The position numbers and the translations under genes were made by a program. The notes under the pieces were generated by a model. It was given only the letters and a program-made list of their open reading frames with translations, did not search any database and was not told the origin of the DNA. Of a DNA stretch of 64,000 nt, positions 53,833 to 63,019 are shown piece by piece. The stretch comes from Escherichia phage vb_EcoM-VR5: the sequence record NC_028881.1; one strand, written 5' to 3'. Every line of letters starts with the position of its first letter. Position 1 is the first letter of the stretch.

Positions 53833-54612
53833 ATGGCAGTAGTAGGAATTCCTGGTTGGATTGGAACTTCAGCGGTTGCTGAAACGGGCCAGCGTTGGAT
53901 GTCCGCAGCCTCTAGAGAATTACGTCTAGGGAACCCGTCTTGGATGTCCCAATTCGCGGGCCGCTCAAGAGAAATTATTCACACACTTGGAGCAGACCAT
54001 AACTTTAATGGTCAATGGTTCCGTGACCGTTGTTTTGAAGCCGGCGGTGCTCCTATAGTGTTTAATATCACAGGCAACTTGGTATCATATACTAAAGATG
54101 TTCCATTGTTCTTTATGTACGGTGATACCCCTAACGAATATGTTACTTTGAATATTCATGGCAACGTTCATATGTGGGGCCGAGGTGGTAATGGTAGCGT
54201 AAATGGAAGCCCAGGCACTAATGGTGGCGACGTAATCCAGAATGATATTGGTGGACGACTTCGCATTTGGAATTACGGTGTGATAGCCTCCGGCGGCGGC
54301 GGCGGTGGTGCAGTATCATTACAGAATAGTTGGGCTGCAAATGCTACAGCAGGTGGCGGCGGCGGACGACCATTTGGTCTCGGCGGTGGTGGCGTTAATT
54401 GGCCCGGCGGCAATGCTAGTTATGATGGTCCAGGTGGTGGTGGTAATACAAGTCAATTTGGCGGTGGTAATGGAGGTGATGCAGGTGGCGCTGGAGGCGA
54501 CGGATGGGGTAATCACTTATCTAGATCTGGGGGTGGTGCTCCTGGTAGAGCAGTATTCGGAAGTTCACCGACATGGGGTGCTACAGGCGCAATCTACGGC
54601 TCCTGGATATAA
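53833..54612 (+). CDS. 38: T2-type receptor-recognising tail fibre adhesin gp38 with glycine-rich motifs
   Basis: 259 aa; N-terminal [11 protein letters not shown]...RWMS...[22 protein letters not shown] block followed by several poly-Gly tracts (GGGGGG, GGGGG, GGGG) separated by short variable segments. Confidence 0.8.
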   Translation: MAVVGIPGWIGTSAVAETGQRWMSAASRELRLGNPSWMSQFAGRSREIIHTLGADHNFNGQWFRDRCFEAGGAPIVFNITGNLVSYTKDVPLFFMYGDTPNEYVTLNIHGNVHMWGRGGNGSVNGSPGTNGGDVIQNDIGGRLRIWNYGVIASGGGGGGAVSLQNSWAANATAGGGGGRPFGLGGGGVNWPGGNASYDGPGGGGNTSQFGGGNGGDAGGAGGDGWGNHLSRSGGGAPGRAVFGSSPTWGATGAIYGSWI

Positions 54613-54628
54613 TACGAAAGTATTAAAT

Positions 54629-54636
54629 TATAAATA
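54629..54636 (+). promoter_or_regulatory. late promoter TATAAATA upstream of holin gene t
   Basis: Exact TATAAATA 18 nt upstream of the t ATG. Confidence 0.6.
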
Positions 54637-54654
54637 TCTTTAAAGGAGAAAAGT

Positions 54655-55308
54655 ATGGAACCAAAAGTAGGATTTTCATTAACAGACCTACTTTTTGGAC
54701 TTCTTGATAGAATTTTTAAAGATACTACTTCCGGGAAAGTAGTTTTTTCCCGGGTCCTAGTCGTAATATTATTGTTCTTTATGACATTGATTTGGTATAA
54801 AGGCGAGTATATTCTAAACTTTTATAAAGAGACTACTTATGCCTCTTATACTGAAATGATTAGACAAGACCAGGACAATAGATTTAAAATTGCGGCTATC
54901 GAGCAGCTCCGAATAGTGCATTCTTCTTCAGGCGCAGACTTCACAGCAGTATATTCTTTTAGACCTACCAACATGAATTATTTTGTGGATATGGTGGCTT
55001 ATGAGGGTAAATTACCGGAAACGGTAGACGCAAAAAATACGGGAGGGTTTCCGATTGACAAAACGTCAGTAGAGTATATGGCGGGAGTTAACGGGAACTA
55101 TTTTGAATCATCTACTGAATCAGTGTTTCTCCCTACAAAAGAGAAAACTTATTTCACTTATATGTTTTCGTGCCCGTTTTTTAATTTGGATAACATCTAT
55201 GCCGGTTCGATATCATTATACTGGTATGACATCAAACCGGATTTAGGATTTCCTAGACTTTCGTCTATGTGTGGTCAGGCCGGGAGGACATTAGGTCGAA
55301 CTCGTTAA
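54655..55308 (+). CDS. t: holin T
   Basis: 217 aa (T4 T 218 aa); matches T4 holin (LFG.LDR.FKD...GKV, SRV.VVILLF, SAVYSFRP.N.NYFVD..AYEGKLP, YM.SCP.FNLDNIYAG.I..YWY). Confidence 0.9.
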   Translation: MEPKVGFSLTDLLFGLLDRIFKDTTSGKVVFSRVLVVILLFFMTLIWYKGEYILNFYKETTYASYTEMIRQDQDNRFKIAAIEQLRIVHSSSGADFTAVYSFRPTNMNYFVDMVAYEGKLPETVDAKNTGGFPIDKTSVEYMAGVNGNYFESSTESVFLPTKEKTYFTYMFSCPFFNLDNIYAGSISLYWYDIKPDLGFPRLSSMCGQAGRTLGRTR

Positions 55309-55580
55309 AAATTGGAGGTATACATCATTAAGTAACGGTGTATATCTTCATACCCTTCATTAAATTGCTCAATAAGAGTATCACGTTCATCTTCAGTTAA
55401 AGACTTAAAGAGTTTATTAAAAGATAGACCATTAAGTTCCTTTCCATGTTCATTACGAATACCTAGCTCGTTCAAAAAGGCAATAAACTCATCACGACGT
55501 TGCATGATGTCTTCACAATCCGTTTTAATTAAAATAGAAACAATAGTAGCAATTTCAGAAACGATTTCAATTTTAGTCAT
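55305..55580 (-). CDS. asiA: anti-sigma70 protein AsiA
   Basis: 91 aa; matches T4 AsiA (A.IVSILIK...EDI...R..FIAFLNE.G, L.QNSF.K, LT.ED...LIE.FNEG.E...RYL.MYT). Confidence 0.85.
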   Translation of the reverse strand: MTKIEIVSEIATIVSILIKTDCEDIMQRRDEFIAFLNELGIRNEHGKELNGLSFNKLFKSLTEDERDTLIEQFNEGYEDIHRYLMMYTSNF

Positions 55581-55629
55581 TTTAATTTACTCAAGTATTC
55601 AATAGGACGTTCATTTATTCAGTAAGAAT

Positions 55630-55659
55630 ATTGTAACACTATTCTTCTGGGTTGTACAC
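55630..55659 (-). promoter_or_regulatory. early promoter upstream of asiA
   Basis: Minus strand GTGTAC-(18 nt)-TACAAT with inverted repeat aagaata...tattctt. Confidence 0.45.
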
Positions 55660-55904
55660 ATGATTTTTCATCCGTACAACATATTCCTGGTATATCTCTT
55701 CTACTGGTTCCTGGAACTTAAAATCAGCTCCCAGGAATTCCTCAAAGCACTCCTGCTCACGTGTACGTTGACCGGTAACAGTATTCTCTAAGTTATGACT
55801 CATAGCCTTTACCCTTATGTTTCTGTTTACGCTTAGACTCTTTAAAGTTTTTCTTCTTGTCCTTATGGACAGATGCCTTATTGAAATCGTGCTTAGCTAC
55901 TAGA

Positions 55905-56102
55905 TTATTCATAATGTGCAATTACCTCTCTTAAACATCCACCTGTAAGACTGAAACGCTTGGCTACCCCACACTCAATGATATGTTCTGAAAGCATATT
56001 CATATCAGTATAACCCAGCTCGACGATGAAGTATTTTATAGTTTCCTTATCACGAGAATTTAAACTATTGAAATACTCTGATTTTGAATTAAGAGTCTTC
56101 AT
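55905..56102 (-). CDS. hypothetical protein (arn region)
   Basis: 65-aa ORF. Confidence 0.45.
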   Translation of the reverse strand: MKTLNSKSEYFNSLNSRDKETIKYFIVELGYTDMNMLSEHIIECGVAKRFSLTGGCLREVIAHYE

Positions 56103-56364
56103 GTAATTTCCTTAATTGATATTCTAAAGAGCTAATAATTTCTTTATTAGTTGCTATATACATATCACGTAGGAATGGCTTAAGGCCTTCCATATTCCCA
56201 TGAATGGTCTTAGAACTAATATTCTTTATATATTCATGGTCTAAAGCGTCCCATGCCGGTTGGTTGACATAAGTACCCCAGTTATCTTCCATCATAGCAT
56301 TCAGGCGTTTGATATGATTAATGTGGGCTTCAATAGCATCAATCTGGAGTTGTTTAAGATTCAT
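56089..56364 (-). CDS. hypothetical protein (arn region)
   Basis: 91-aa ORF. Confidence 0.5.
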   Translation of the reverse strand: MNLKQLQIDAIEAHINHIKRLNAMMEDNWGTYVNQPAWDALDHEYIKNISSKTIHGNMEGLKPFLRDMYIATNKEIISSLEYQLRKLHEDS

Positions 56365-56861
56365 TAGTAAAGGTCCTCAGAGTAAAGTTCTTTTTCACTA
56401 CCACCGCGTTCAATACGTACTTGATTAGCATAAGTCGCAATAATCATTGCTTCTTCACGTGTCCAGTAATTGCTGTACTGGTCAATGAATCCTTGATTAT
56501 CACCACAAACATGGTCTGACACAAGTTTATCACTTACCTGGTCAAGAACTTCGGCCATATCTTTAGAATAATGGCGAGCACCTGGAATAACAAGTGTTCC
56601 GCCGTCCTTCAGTTTAAAACGGTTGGCTGCGCATACAATCCTGCGCTGATATTTTTCATTGTTATTCCAATGTGCAATCTGCCAACAGATTTCTGGGACT
56701 TCATTCAAAACATCTTGTTCCGAATATTCGGTGTAGTCACCATAGGCCTGTAATTTAGCAGCAAGACTTTCAGGGGTCTCACGAGAAAGAGCTTTATCCA
56801 ATAAGGCCATACGGTCTTTAAAGGATAATTCTTTACCTTTTAATGGATTCATTTGAACCAT
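56364..56861 (-). CDS. hypothetical protein
   Basis: 165-aa ORF, ATG-overlap coupled to neighbours. Confidence 0.5.
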   Translation of the reverse strand: MVQMNPLKGKELSFKDRMALLDKALSRETPESLAAKLQAYGDYTEYSEQDVLNEVPEICWQIAHWNNNEKYQRRIVCAANRFKLKDGGTLVIPGARHYSKDMAEVLDQVSDKLVSDHVCGDNQGFIDQYSNYWTREEAMIIATYANQVRIERGGSEKELYSEDLY

Positions 56862-57178
56862 CCTTTAACACGTTGCCAGAGGCTTTTCTGTTGAGCTTTA
56901 TTGACACCAATCGAGCGAATAACCGGTTGTGATTCCTGGTATTCTTTATAGTCTGCCATATATACTTCATAAGCCGCTGGAACAAAGGTGCTGATAGCAG
57001 CCATAAAGTTTTTACGGATTCCCATAGAGGCTTCAGAACCACCACGGATGATTAAATATTTACCTGCTTTAACCTTGACGATAGTTCCAAGATAAGCACC
57101 GTGATACCAAATGTCCCAACCTTCTTGAGTAGGTTCTGCACAACGACGAAGTTCATTAACAATATTCAGCTTGTTCAT
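56849..57178 (-). CDS. hypothetical protein
   Basis: 109-aa ORF directly downstream of motA. Confidence 0.5.
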   Translation of the reverse strand: MNKLNIVNELRRCAEPTQEGWDIWYHGAYLGTIVKVKAGKYLIIRGGSEASMGIRKNFMAAISTFVPAAYEVYMADYKEYQESQPVIRSIGVNKAQQKSLWQRVKGWFK

Positions 57179-57196
57179 AATAATTTCCTCAGTCAG

Positions 57197-57829
57197 TTAA
57201 ATTGCGTTAGTTACGGTTTTGATAACTTCAGATGATACGTTTTGGAAGTCAATATAAGTATTCTTACCACCAGTCTTAATCTTAACATCAAGGTTCAAGG
57301 ATGTAAACACTTGTTTTTCTTTATCAGTCATATTATAACCGAAGATGCGCATCATTCCATCACGGCGAACTTCAATTTGACGAATACCGTTGGTACGTTT
57401 TGCGAATCGAACTTCAAGATTACTACGGTTTTCAGCGATTTCACGAATCTCAATACGTTCTTCTAACAAAGCTTTGACTTCATCAGCCAGTGCCACCATT
57501 TCAGGAGTAACACCACGTGAACTGCGTGTTTTACGTTTTTCCAACATCTCTGGGGCATTTTCAGAAGCGAACAAATCAGCAGCTTTTTGAACAAGGTCCA
57601 TTGCTTCACCTGTAGCTACTAAACCATCACCTGATTTTTCGATGAATCCTTTCTTAATCAATACACCAATGTTAGAGTTAACTACCGCAGCACTAAATTG
57701 CTCACTCAGGGCTTCACGGACTTCGCCTGAAGTGATAAAGTTATGCTTGATGATATGTACTAAGATCGAAGCAGTTTTTTCATTCAGGGCGTCTTCAGAA
57801 GCTTTGATGATATAAGTAATTTTAGACAT
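57197..57829 (-). CDS. motA: middle-transcription activator MotA
   Basis: 210 aa; matches T4 MotA (MSK.TYIIKAS.D.LNEKTA.IL, AEVRE, VVNSNIGVLIKKG..EKSGDGL..TGEA, EKRTNGIR, MRIFGY.M). Confidence 0.9.
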   Translation of the reverse strand: MSKITYIIKASEDALNEKTASILVHIIKHNFITSGEVREALSEQFSAAVVNSNIGVLIKKGFIEKSGDGLVATGEAMDLVQKAADLFASENAPEMLEKRKTRSSRGVTPEMVALADEVKALLEERIEIREIAENRSNLEVRFAKRTNGIRQIEVRRDGMMRIFGYNMTDKEKQVFTSLNLDVKIKTGGKNTYIDFQNVSSEVIKTVTNAI

Positions 57830-57863
57830 TTTAATCTCCGATAACCATTTATTTGATAGGTCT

Positions 57864-57892
57864 ATAGTATCATGTTTAAAGCATAAGTAAAC
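57864..57892 (-). promoter_or_regulatory. early promoter / PeSL-like cassette upstream of motA
   Basis: Minus strand GTTTAC-(17 nt)-TACTAT; 40-nt block identical to the cassette at 58188. Confidence 0.6.
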
Positions 57893-57933
57893 TTTATTTT
57901 GAGCTCTTTTTCAAGAGCCCTGGTAAAAATTAC

Positions 57934-58167
57934 TTAGATTGATAGGTCTTTAATCTTGGCTATTAAAACAGCTTTTCCTTCACGAAGTTTTTCCAGTTCA
58001 CGACCATTAGGGCCGCGAACTACTAAGGAATTTATCTCTACTTCCATCCAATTTAGTTTTTCAACTAGTTCTTTACGTTTAGCATTCATGCCGGGTTTAA
58101 CTTTACCGAAACGGATGGTAGCGTTTTGGGTATTTTTCATCTTATTCATTTTGTATCTCCATTTCAC
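57934..58167 (-). CDS. hypothetical basic protein (motA.1 position)
   Basis: 77-aa ORF between two identical promoter cassettes. Confidence 0.5.
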   Translation of the reverse strand: MKWRYKMNKMKNTQNATIRFGKVKPGMNAKRKELVEKLNWMEVEINSLVVRGPNGRELEKLREGKAVLIAKIKDLSI

Positions 58168-58187
58168 TCTGTTGTTTTGATAGGTCT

Positions 58188-58216
58188 ATAGTATCATGTT
58201 TAAAGCATAAGTAAAC
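58188..58216 (-). promoter_or_regulatory. early promoter / PeSL-like cassette
   Basis: Minus strand GTTTAC-(17 nt)-TACTAT; tttgataggtctatagtatcatgtttaaagcataagtaaac identical to 57853-57892. Confidence 0.6.
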
Positions 58217-58240
58217 ACTTTTTGCACTAAACCCAAAAAA

Positions 58241-58256
58241 GGAACCCTAAGGTTCC
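58241..58256. terminator. hairpin with flanking A/T runs, likely bidirectional terminator downstream of gene 52
   Basis: aaaaaa-ggaacc-ctaa-ggttcc-ttacttttt. Confidence 0.55.
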
Positions 58257-58357
58257 TTACTTTTTAAAGTGAGCTGCTATTAAACCTATAGCTAGACCTG
58301 TTGCCAGGCCTAGAATAACGGCAAAGATGCAGAGTAACAAGAACTCTACTCCGAAGC

Positions 58358-59737
58358 TCATAGAGCCTCCAAATCTTTAGCATACTCAGTTACAACATCA
58401 GTGGTTTTCCAGTATTGGTGCTCTTCTTTTTTAGCCTTGGCTTCCAAAGCCAGTTTCTTGGCTTCGTCAGATGTGATGTGGAAAATATTCATTGCCACTA
58501 GTTTGTCAGCGTATTCACCATAGACTTTATTACTAGCCAATTCCTCAGTTAAAACTTTGCGAGTTTTACCTTGGATAACTACTACACCATCAATAACATC
58601 TTTAATGAATGTGGCTTTAGCCAGTGCCAGTTTAAATGCCTGTTCGGTTTCGATGATTTTACCATCAATACGTTTTTGTACAAAGGTCTTACGGACCTCA
58701 ACGAAATCACGAATCAGTTCAACTGCATCTTCGTAAACCTTGAGCTTACCTTTCTCATTAATAACTGTCAAGTTTTGTGAACGACGTTCGATTAACCCGA
58801 AGTCCTTCATAATTTTTTCGTGCTTCTTATTTTCTTCAGTAGGTAATTCGTATTCTTTACGAATTTTTACCTTGAAGCCGAAACCATTCTCATCACAGTC
58901 GTCATCATACGTGATATAGCCCTTATCTTCTAGAGGGTCCAGCACCTTAGCCACGTATGTTTCACGGTCGTATTTGTATGGGATTTCTGTGATATGCATT
59001 TGGGTTCGGGATGTGAACTTATACGTACCACGTAGTTCATAACTTCCAGGTTCAATCTCAATCACGTCTCCGCGGAATTCCGGGTAAGCCACTTTAGGCT
59101 TAGTTACGCGTTTTTCTTGAAGAACCTGCAATACAGCTTTCTTAACAGAATCAAAACTATGAGGAAGAATATTAGTTGCATAACCAGTTGCAATACCGGA
59201 AATACCATTAAGAAGAACAGTAGGAATAATAGGCAGATAAAAAGCTGGTGGCTTATGTTCGACGTCCGCATGAACCGGCGCATATTCTGTATCCTTATAA
59301 ACCTTTGCGAAATTAGTTCCAATCCGCGCGAAAATATAACGAGATGCCGCAGCCTTTTGAACTAAACGAGAACCGAAGTTACCTTGACCATCTAACAATG
59401 GGAAGTTATTGTTCCATGTGTTGGCCATCAAAGCCCCAGCTTCCTGGGCAGAGCCTTCACCGTGGTGGTATCCAAGGTCGGCTACACCACCTGCAATAGA
59501 AGCCAGTTTGTGGAATTTTTCTTTATTACCACGGGCCATATCAAGACATCGAGCAACTACAAAACGTTGTACAGGTTTAAAGCCATCAATCATATTTGGA
59601 ATGGCGCGGTTTTCGACAGTATACATTGCGTAAGCCAGCGCTTCATTGTCGATAATGCTTTTTAAGTCACGACGAGTAAAAGCATCATCGTAAACATCTA
59701 AGGCTTGTTTAAAAAGAGTATCAATTACATCAGCCAT
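58358..59737 (-). CDS. 52: DNA topoisomerase II medium subunit gp52
   Basis: 459 aa; GyrA-like N-terminal region (NRAIPNMIDGFKPVQRFV, active-site Tyr region) in the T4 gene 52 position. Confidence 0.85.
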   Translation of the reverse strand: MADVIDTLFKQALDVYDDAFTRRDLKSIIDNEALAYAMYTVENRAIPNMIDGFKPVQRFVVARCLDMARGNKEKFHKLASIAGGVADLGYHHGEGSAQEAGALMANTWNNNFPLLDGQGNFGSRLVQKAAASRYIFARIGTNFAKVYKDTEYAPVHADVEHKPPAFYLPIIPTVLLNGISGIATGYATNILPHSFDSVKKAVLQVLQEKRVTKPKVAYPEFRGDVIEIEPGSYELRGTYKFTSRTQMHITEIPYKYDRETYVAKVLDPLEDKGYITYDDDCDENGFGFKVKIRKEYELPTEENKKHEKIMKDFGLIERRSQNLTVINEKGKLKVYEDAVELIRDFVEVRKTFVQKRIDGKIIETEQAFKLALAKATFIKDVIDGVVVIQGKTRKVLTEELASNKVYGEYADKLVAMNIFHITSDEAKKLALEAKAKKEEHQYWKTTDVVTEYAKDLEAL

Positions 59738-59741
59738 AATT

Positions 59742-59882
59742 TTACCATACTAGTGAATGAATAACCATAATAACATCGGAAATAAAAAGCACAACTTGGA
59801 TAAGCCCGAATATTACTCCATAATACAGTGCTACCAATAAAGCAGCAAGGGCTAACGAGTAGCCCAGGATTTGTTTAATCAT
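59742..59882 (-). CDS. small hydrophobic membrane protein
   Basis: 46-aa ORF (MIKQILGYSLALAALLVALYYGVIFGLIQVVLF...), one predicted TM span; below ORF-track cutoff. Confidence 0.4.
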   Translation of the reverse strand: MIKQILGYSLALAALLVALYYGVIFGLIQVVLFISDVIMVIHSLVW

Positions 59883-60043
59883 TTCTTGACCAATGCTTCC
59901 AGAAATTTAACGATTGCATCAATTACGAACCAAGTGCAAATAAATCCAACAGCGAAAGGACCTGGAACCCACACACCAGCAGCAAAAAGGGATACCCACA
60001 CAATAACAATCACGAGCCAGATAAAAGTATAAATCGGTTGCAT
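59879..60043 (-). CDS. small hydrophobic membrane protein
   Basis: 54-aa ORF (MQPIYTFIWLVIVIVWVSLFAAGVWVPGPFAVGFIC...), ATGA-overlap coupled to the downstream ORF. Confidence 0.4.
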   Translation of the reverse strand: MQPIYTFIWLVIVIVWVSLFAAGVWVPGPFAVGFICTWFVIDAIVKFLEALVKK

Positions 60044-60050
60044 AATTTCC

Positions 60051-60230
60051 TCACTTAATAAAACCTACCAAACCGCAAATACGTTCAAAACTAATGAAAG
60101 CTACACACCACGCTATCACAGTACCAACATTATCATTCAATGGTAAATCCAGTGACATAAAGGTCGCCAGGCCGATTAATACAGTTAAAGCCATAATAAT
60201 CAGGTGGCCCATTAAAAAGAAATTTTTCAT
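60051..60230 (-). CDS. small hydrophobic membrane protein
   Basis: 59-aa ORF (MKNFFLMGHLIIMALTVLIGLATFMSLDLPL...), abuts ndd stop. Confidence 0.4.
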   Translation of the reverse strand: MKNFFLMGHLIIMALTVLIGLATFMSLDLPLNDNVGTVIAWCVAFISFERICGLVGFIK

Positions 60231-60231
60231 A

Positions 60232-60681
60232 TTAATAGCTCTGTAGGATGAATTTAAAGTTATCAGCCAACATACGGTTCATTTCTTCCAGCGTCTGGAG
60301 GTCTGAACTATGATTACGAGTGAAAGCCATTGCAATTTGGCCTTTACCAAAACCTGTAGTCAGAGGTTTCATTTTAGAAGCCGGTACATAAAGAACTTCA
60401 TACAGAACATTGTTAGTTTTCATGGTACGGTTGGCTTGAGAACGAGCTGAACGAATATTCTTAAGAACACCATCCAGACCTTGTCCTGAGCGCTGGTTAC
60501 CTACATAGAAGCGAGCAGCTACGATACGGTTTTCACCAACACCTTTAACAAAGAAATAGAAGCCTGGTTGGGCTGCCGTTTCTTTAGAAGGCCGGCCAAT
60601 TTTGTATTCGCCATTCATAACGTAAGCAACGGTAGTAGCACCAGCGGACAGAACGTTACGGCGAGTCATATAAGTAGTCAT
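60232..60681 (-). CDS. ndd: nucleoid disruption protein Ndd
   Basis: 149 aa; C-terminal half near-identical to T4 Ndd ([56 protein letters not shown]). Confidence 0.9.
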   Translation of the reverse strand: MTTYMTRRNVLSAGATTVAYVMNGEYKIGRPSKETAAQPGFYFFVKGVGENRIVAARFYVGNQRSGQGLDGVLKNIRSARSQANRTMKTNNVLYEVLYVPASKMKPLTTGFGKGQIAMAFTRNHSSDLQTLEEMNRMLADNFKFILQSY

Positions 60682-60730
60682 ATCAATTTCCTCAGTAGAT
60701 TAATGTTTTGTTATCCAGTCAACGAGAACC

Positions 60731-60759
60731 ATTATAACATGATTCTCGAGGTTGTAAAC
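60731..60759 (-). promoter_or_regulatory. early promoter upstream of ndd
   Basis: Minus strand GTTTAC-(17 nt)-TATAAT overlapping inverted repeat cgagaa...ttctcg. Confidence 0.6.
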
Positions 60760-61100
60760 TATTTTTGTAGCTGTTCTAAAATAAATCCAGACGTATAATA
60801 AGTAGCATTATAAACCTTATTAAGAGGGTTCAAAGCACGTCCGTAGGTATCACGCAATTCTTTGATGACGTTTTCATAACTTACATAGAAAGCGCTGCGA
60901 TAGTCGGGGTCCATGCTCATACGGAATTTGATGAATCGATAGAAGCCTGTTTCAGGGTCTTGAATGAAAACAAAATCAGAACTCATCACAGTTTTTAGTT
61001 GTAACCCTGGAATCTGTCCTTGATTACATAACGATGCGTCTTGAAGGCTGAGCTGTTTAAAGAACATCACCTTAGAGTTACCAAAAAAGACTTTAGACAT
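60759..61100 (-). CDS. hypothetical protein (ndd.x position)
   Basis: 113-aa ORF. Confidence 0.5.
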   Translation of the reverse strand: MSKVFFGNSKVMFFKQLSLQDASLCNQGQIPGLQLKTVMSSDFVFIQDPETGFYRFIKFRMSMDPDYRSAFYVSYENVIKELRDTYGRALNPLNKVYNATYYTSGFILEQLQK

Positions 61101-61114
61101 AATATTTTCCTCAA

Positions 61115-61408
61115 TTATTCAGGGTCTACAGCGCCATCCCATGGGTCAACTTCTTCAGATGATTCCATAAGTTCATCAACTGTAAAGCACTCGGTATTAT
61201 TTTCAATAGCAAAACGTTTTTGATAAAAAGGATAATCCAAACAATTTTCAGTACGTACAGGACGTTCACTAGAATCCATCAGAGGAGAAATACGAATCAG
61301 CTGCTGACCGTTACTAAGAACAAATTTCTCACCAACTTCAACGTCTTTAAAAAGTTTCATAATGTTATCCTCAGAAGAAATAGTTAAAGTATACACGTAC
61401 ATGGTCAA
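61115..61408 (-). CDS. hypothetical acidic protein
   Basis: 97-aa ORF. Confidence 0.5.
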   Translation of the reverse strand: MTMYVYTLTISSEDNIMKLFKDVEVGEKFVLSNGQQLIRISPLMDSSERPVRTENCLDYPFYQKRFAIENNTECFTVDELMESSEEVDPWDGAVDPE

Positions 61409-61513
61409 TCATAAAAGCGATTGGGAAAATGCATAATACCATAAACAGAATAAACATGTTCCAAATAGCTTTAAGTAACTTTTTCATAATCATCTCCATT
61501 AGTTGATAGGTCT

Positions 61514-61542
61514 ATAGTATCATGTCTAATGGAGATGTAAAC
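61514..61542 (-). promoter_or_regulatory. early promoter / PeSL-like cassette
   Basis: Minus strand GTTTAC-(17 nt)-TACTAT with inverted repeat catctccatt...aatggagatg. Confidence 0.55.
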
Positions 61543-61632
61543 TGTTTTATGCAAGTTTTAACAACAATAAACTGAAGCATACACAAATAATTGGAATACA
61601 CAACATCCAGATAAGGCACCACATTTTGCTGC

Positions 61633-61938
61633 TCAAAATATCACCTCTTTGATTTCAATCAATCCATCAGACAATGCGGTGCGGAGGTCATAAAGAATAT
61701 CTATACCATCAATATTGTCCAGCTTACCATCAATAAGCTTTTTTAAATCACGCTTTGAGGCAACTAGTGGGCGAAGAAATTTACAATCAGAAAGAGATAA
61801 CTCTGTAGTAACATCATCACCATCACCTGACGCATCATACATAGCGGCAACAACCATACCTGTAACTTTGTGTTTGGCGTAGTATAATTTAATATCCATT
61901 TTGTTTTCCTCTCGTAGTTGATAGGAAGATAGTAACAC
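61633..61938 (-). CDS. hypothetical protein
   Basis: 101-aa ORF downstream of a promoter cassette. Confidence 0.5.
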   Translation of the reverse strand: MLLSSYQLREENKMDIKLYYAKHKVTGMVVAAMYDASGDGDDVTTELSLSDCKFLRPLVASKRDLKKLIDGKLDNIDGIDILYDLRTALSDGLIEIKEVIF

Positions 61939-61957
61939 CGTCCTTGGTGTATGTAAA
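61928..61957 (-). promoter_or_regulatory. early promoter / PeSL-like cassette (diverged copy)
   Basis: Minus strand GTTTAC-(18 nt)-TACTAT; core gataggaagatagtaac. Confidence 0.45.
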
Positions 61958-61973
61958 CTGATTTATGAAAAAA

Positions 61974-62531
61974 TTATAAGGCGAGATACCAGCCGTTGTA
62001 ATTACTCTTACGGACTAGCTTTTTGATGGATTCTCTGTCACCGGAGAACTTAGGAGTGAACAGGACGTCGCCTGCCTCATTTACCGAAGTGTCGAATATG
62101 ATTATACAGTCTGCAACTTTGTGATTCAAGAGCGGGCCCAGGTTAATCCCTGTTCCATAAGGGAAGTCACCGGAGTATCCTGTAGTGCAGGAAATCCACT
62201 TAGAATCAGATTGGTGGGTCTTAACCTCTACACGTAGTCCACAATACATAGGATGAGCTAAAACATCCCAGGCATAGGTATAAGGGTCGTCATGGTCTTC
62301 CAGGCCACTGTTGACGTATCCGTTCAACCAATCAGCAACCATGTACTCCGCGTACGTTGCGATGACACACCGATTCAATACCTCTTTCTTATCTTGGGAC
62401 GGGTCTTGACTTAAAGAATACAATACTGTATCCTTAATCTTAACCTTCATTTCGCCTGTCAAATCAGTTGTCTTCAGGGTAAATGTCGGCATCTTCGACA
62501 GTCGGACTAGTCCCGGATTTGACGGATTCAT
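61974..62531 (-). CDS. denB: possible endonuclease IV (DenB), by position and size; start uncertain
   Basis: ORF 61974-62594 trimmed to ATG at 62529-62531 giving 185 aa (T4 DenB 185 aa); lies between the ndd cluster and rIIB as in T4; no motif confirmation. Confidence 0.4.
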   Translation of the reverse strand: MNPSNPGLVRLSKMPTFTLKTTDLTGEMKVKIKDTVLYSLSQDPSQDKKEVLNRCVIATYAEYMVADWLNGYVNSGLEDHDDPYTYAWDVLAHPMYCGLRVEVKTHQSDSKWISCTTGYSGDFPYGTGINLGPLLNHKVADCIIIFDTSVNEAGDVLFTPKFSGDRESIKKLVRKSNYNGWYLAL

Positions 62532-62781
62532 AATCACCACCAATATACAATTCTTCGACGTGAACATTACCAAAATAGATACGAGAGTTTTCACTCAATT
62601 TACTGTGGTCTAATTTTTTAAGGTTTTCAACTGAATCGAAAATCACATCTGTTGCAAAAAGATGGCCTGTAGCTTTATCAGATTTGATTACATCTACGCA
62701 ATAAACCTTATCGACCACATGATTACCTTGGAGATAACTATCTTTGATATCTTCGTCGCCGACGTTCATGTAATTAATCAT
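62464..62781 (-). CDS. hypothetical acidic protein
   Basis: 105-aa ORF; 3' end overlaps the DenB candidate. Confidence 0.45.
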   Translation of the reverse strand: MINYMNVGDEDIKDSYLQGNHVVDKVYCVDVIKSDKATGHLFATDVIFDSVENLKKLDHSKLSENSRIYFGNVHVEELYIGGDYESVKSGTSPTVEDADIYPEDN

Positions 62782-62783
62782 TT

Positions 62784-62981
62784 TTACTCACCGAAATAAG
62801 AAATACGAACCTCTAAACAATGAGCGTATGCACCCATCGCATCCAGTTGTGCAATCAGTAACCCTTGTTGACGGATATCAAGAGTTTCAAAAACACCACC
62901 TTTAATAAACTCTTCAAGAGCATTAATTTTCAAGACCAATTGGTCATATTCTTCGATTACACGTGCTTGAAAACCTAACAT
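62784..62981 (-). CDS. hypothetical protein
   Basis: 65-aa ORF directly downstream of rIIB. Confidence 0.45.
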   Translation of the reverse strand: MLGFQARVIEEYDQLVLKINALEEFIKGGVFETLDIRQQGLLIAQLDAMGAYAHCLEVRISYFGE

Positions 62982-62993
62982 AATTCCTCATTA

Positions 62994-63009
62994 GGAGGCC
63001 GAAGCCTCC
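62994..63009 (-). terminator. GC tetraloop hairpin downstream of rIIB
   Basis: ggaggc-cgaa-gcctcc, identical to the hairpin at 24004-24019. Confidence 0.45.
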
Positions 63010-63019
63010 ATTTATTGAT

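Noticed and set aside
54305-54643. ORFs 54305-54643 (+) and 54319-54516 (-) within gene 38
   Set aside because: Alternative-frame and antisense readings of the GGC/GGT-rich glycine repeat region; low-complexity artefacts
57877-57883. MotA box TGCTTTA inside the motA-upstream promoter cassette
   Set aside because: Only 7 nt from the -10 hexamer instead of the 11-13 nt needed; the cassette is better explained as a GTTTAC-type early promoter
58255-58357. 34-codon hydrophobic ORF just downstream of gene 52
   Set aside because: Overlaps the putative terminator hairpin and is very short
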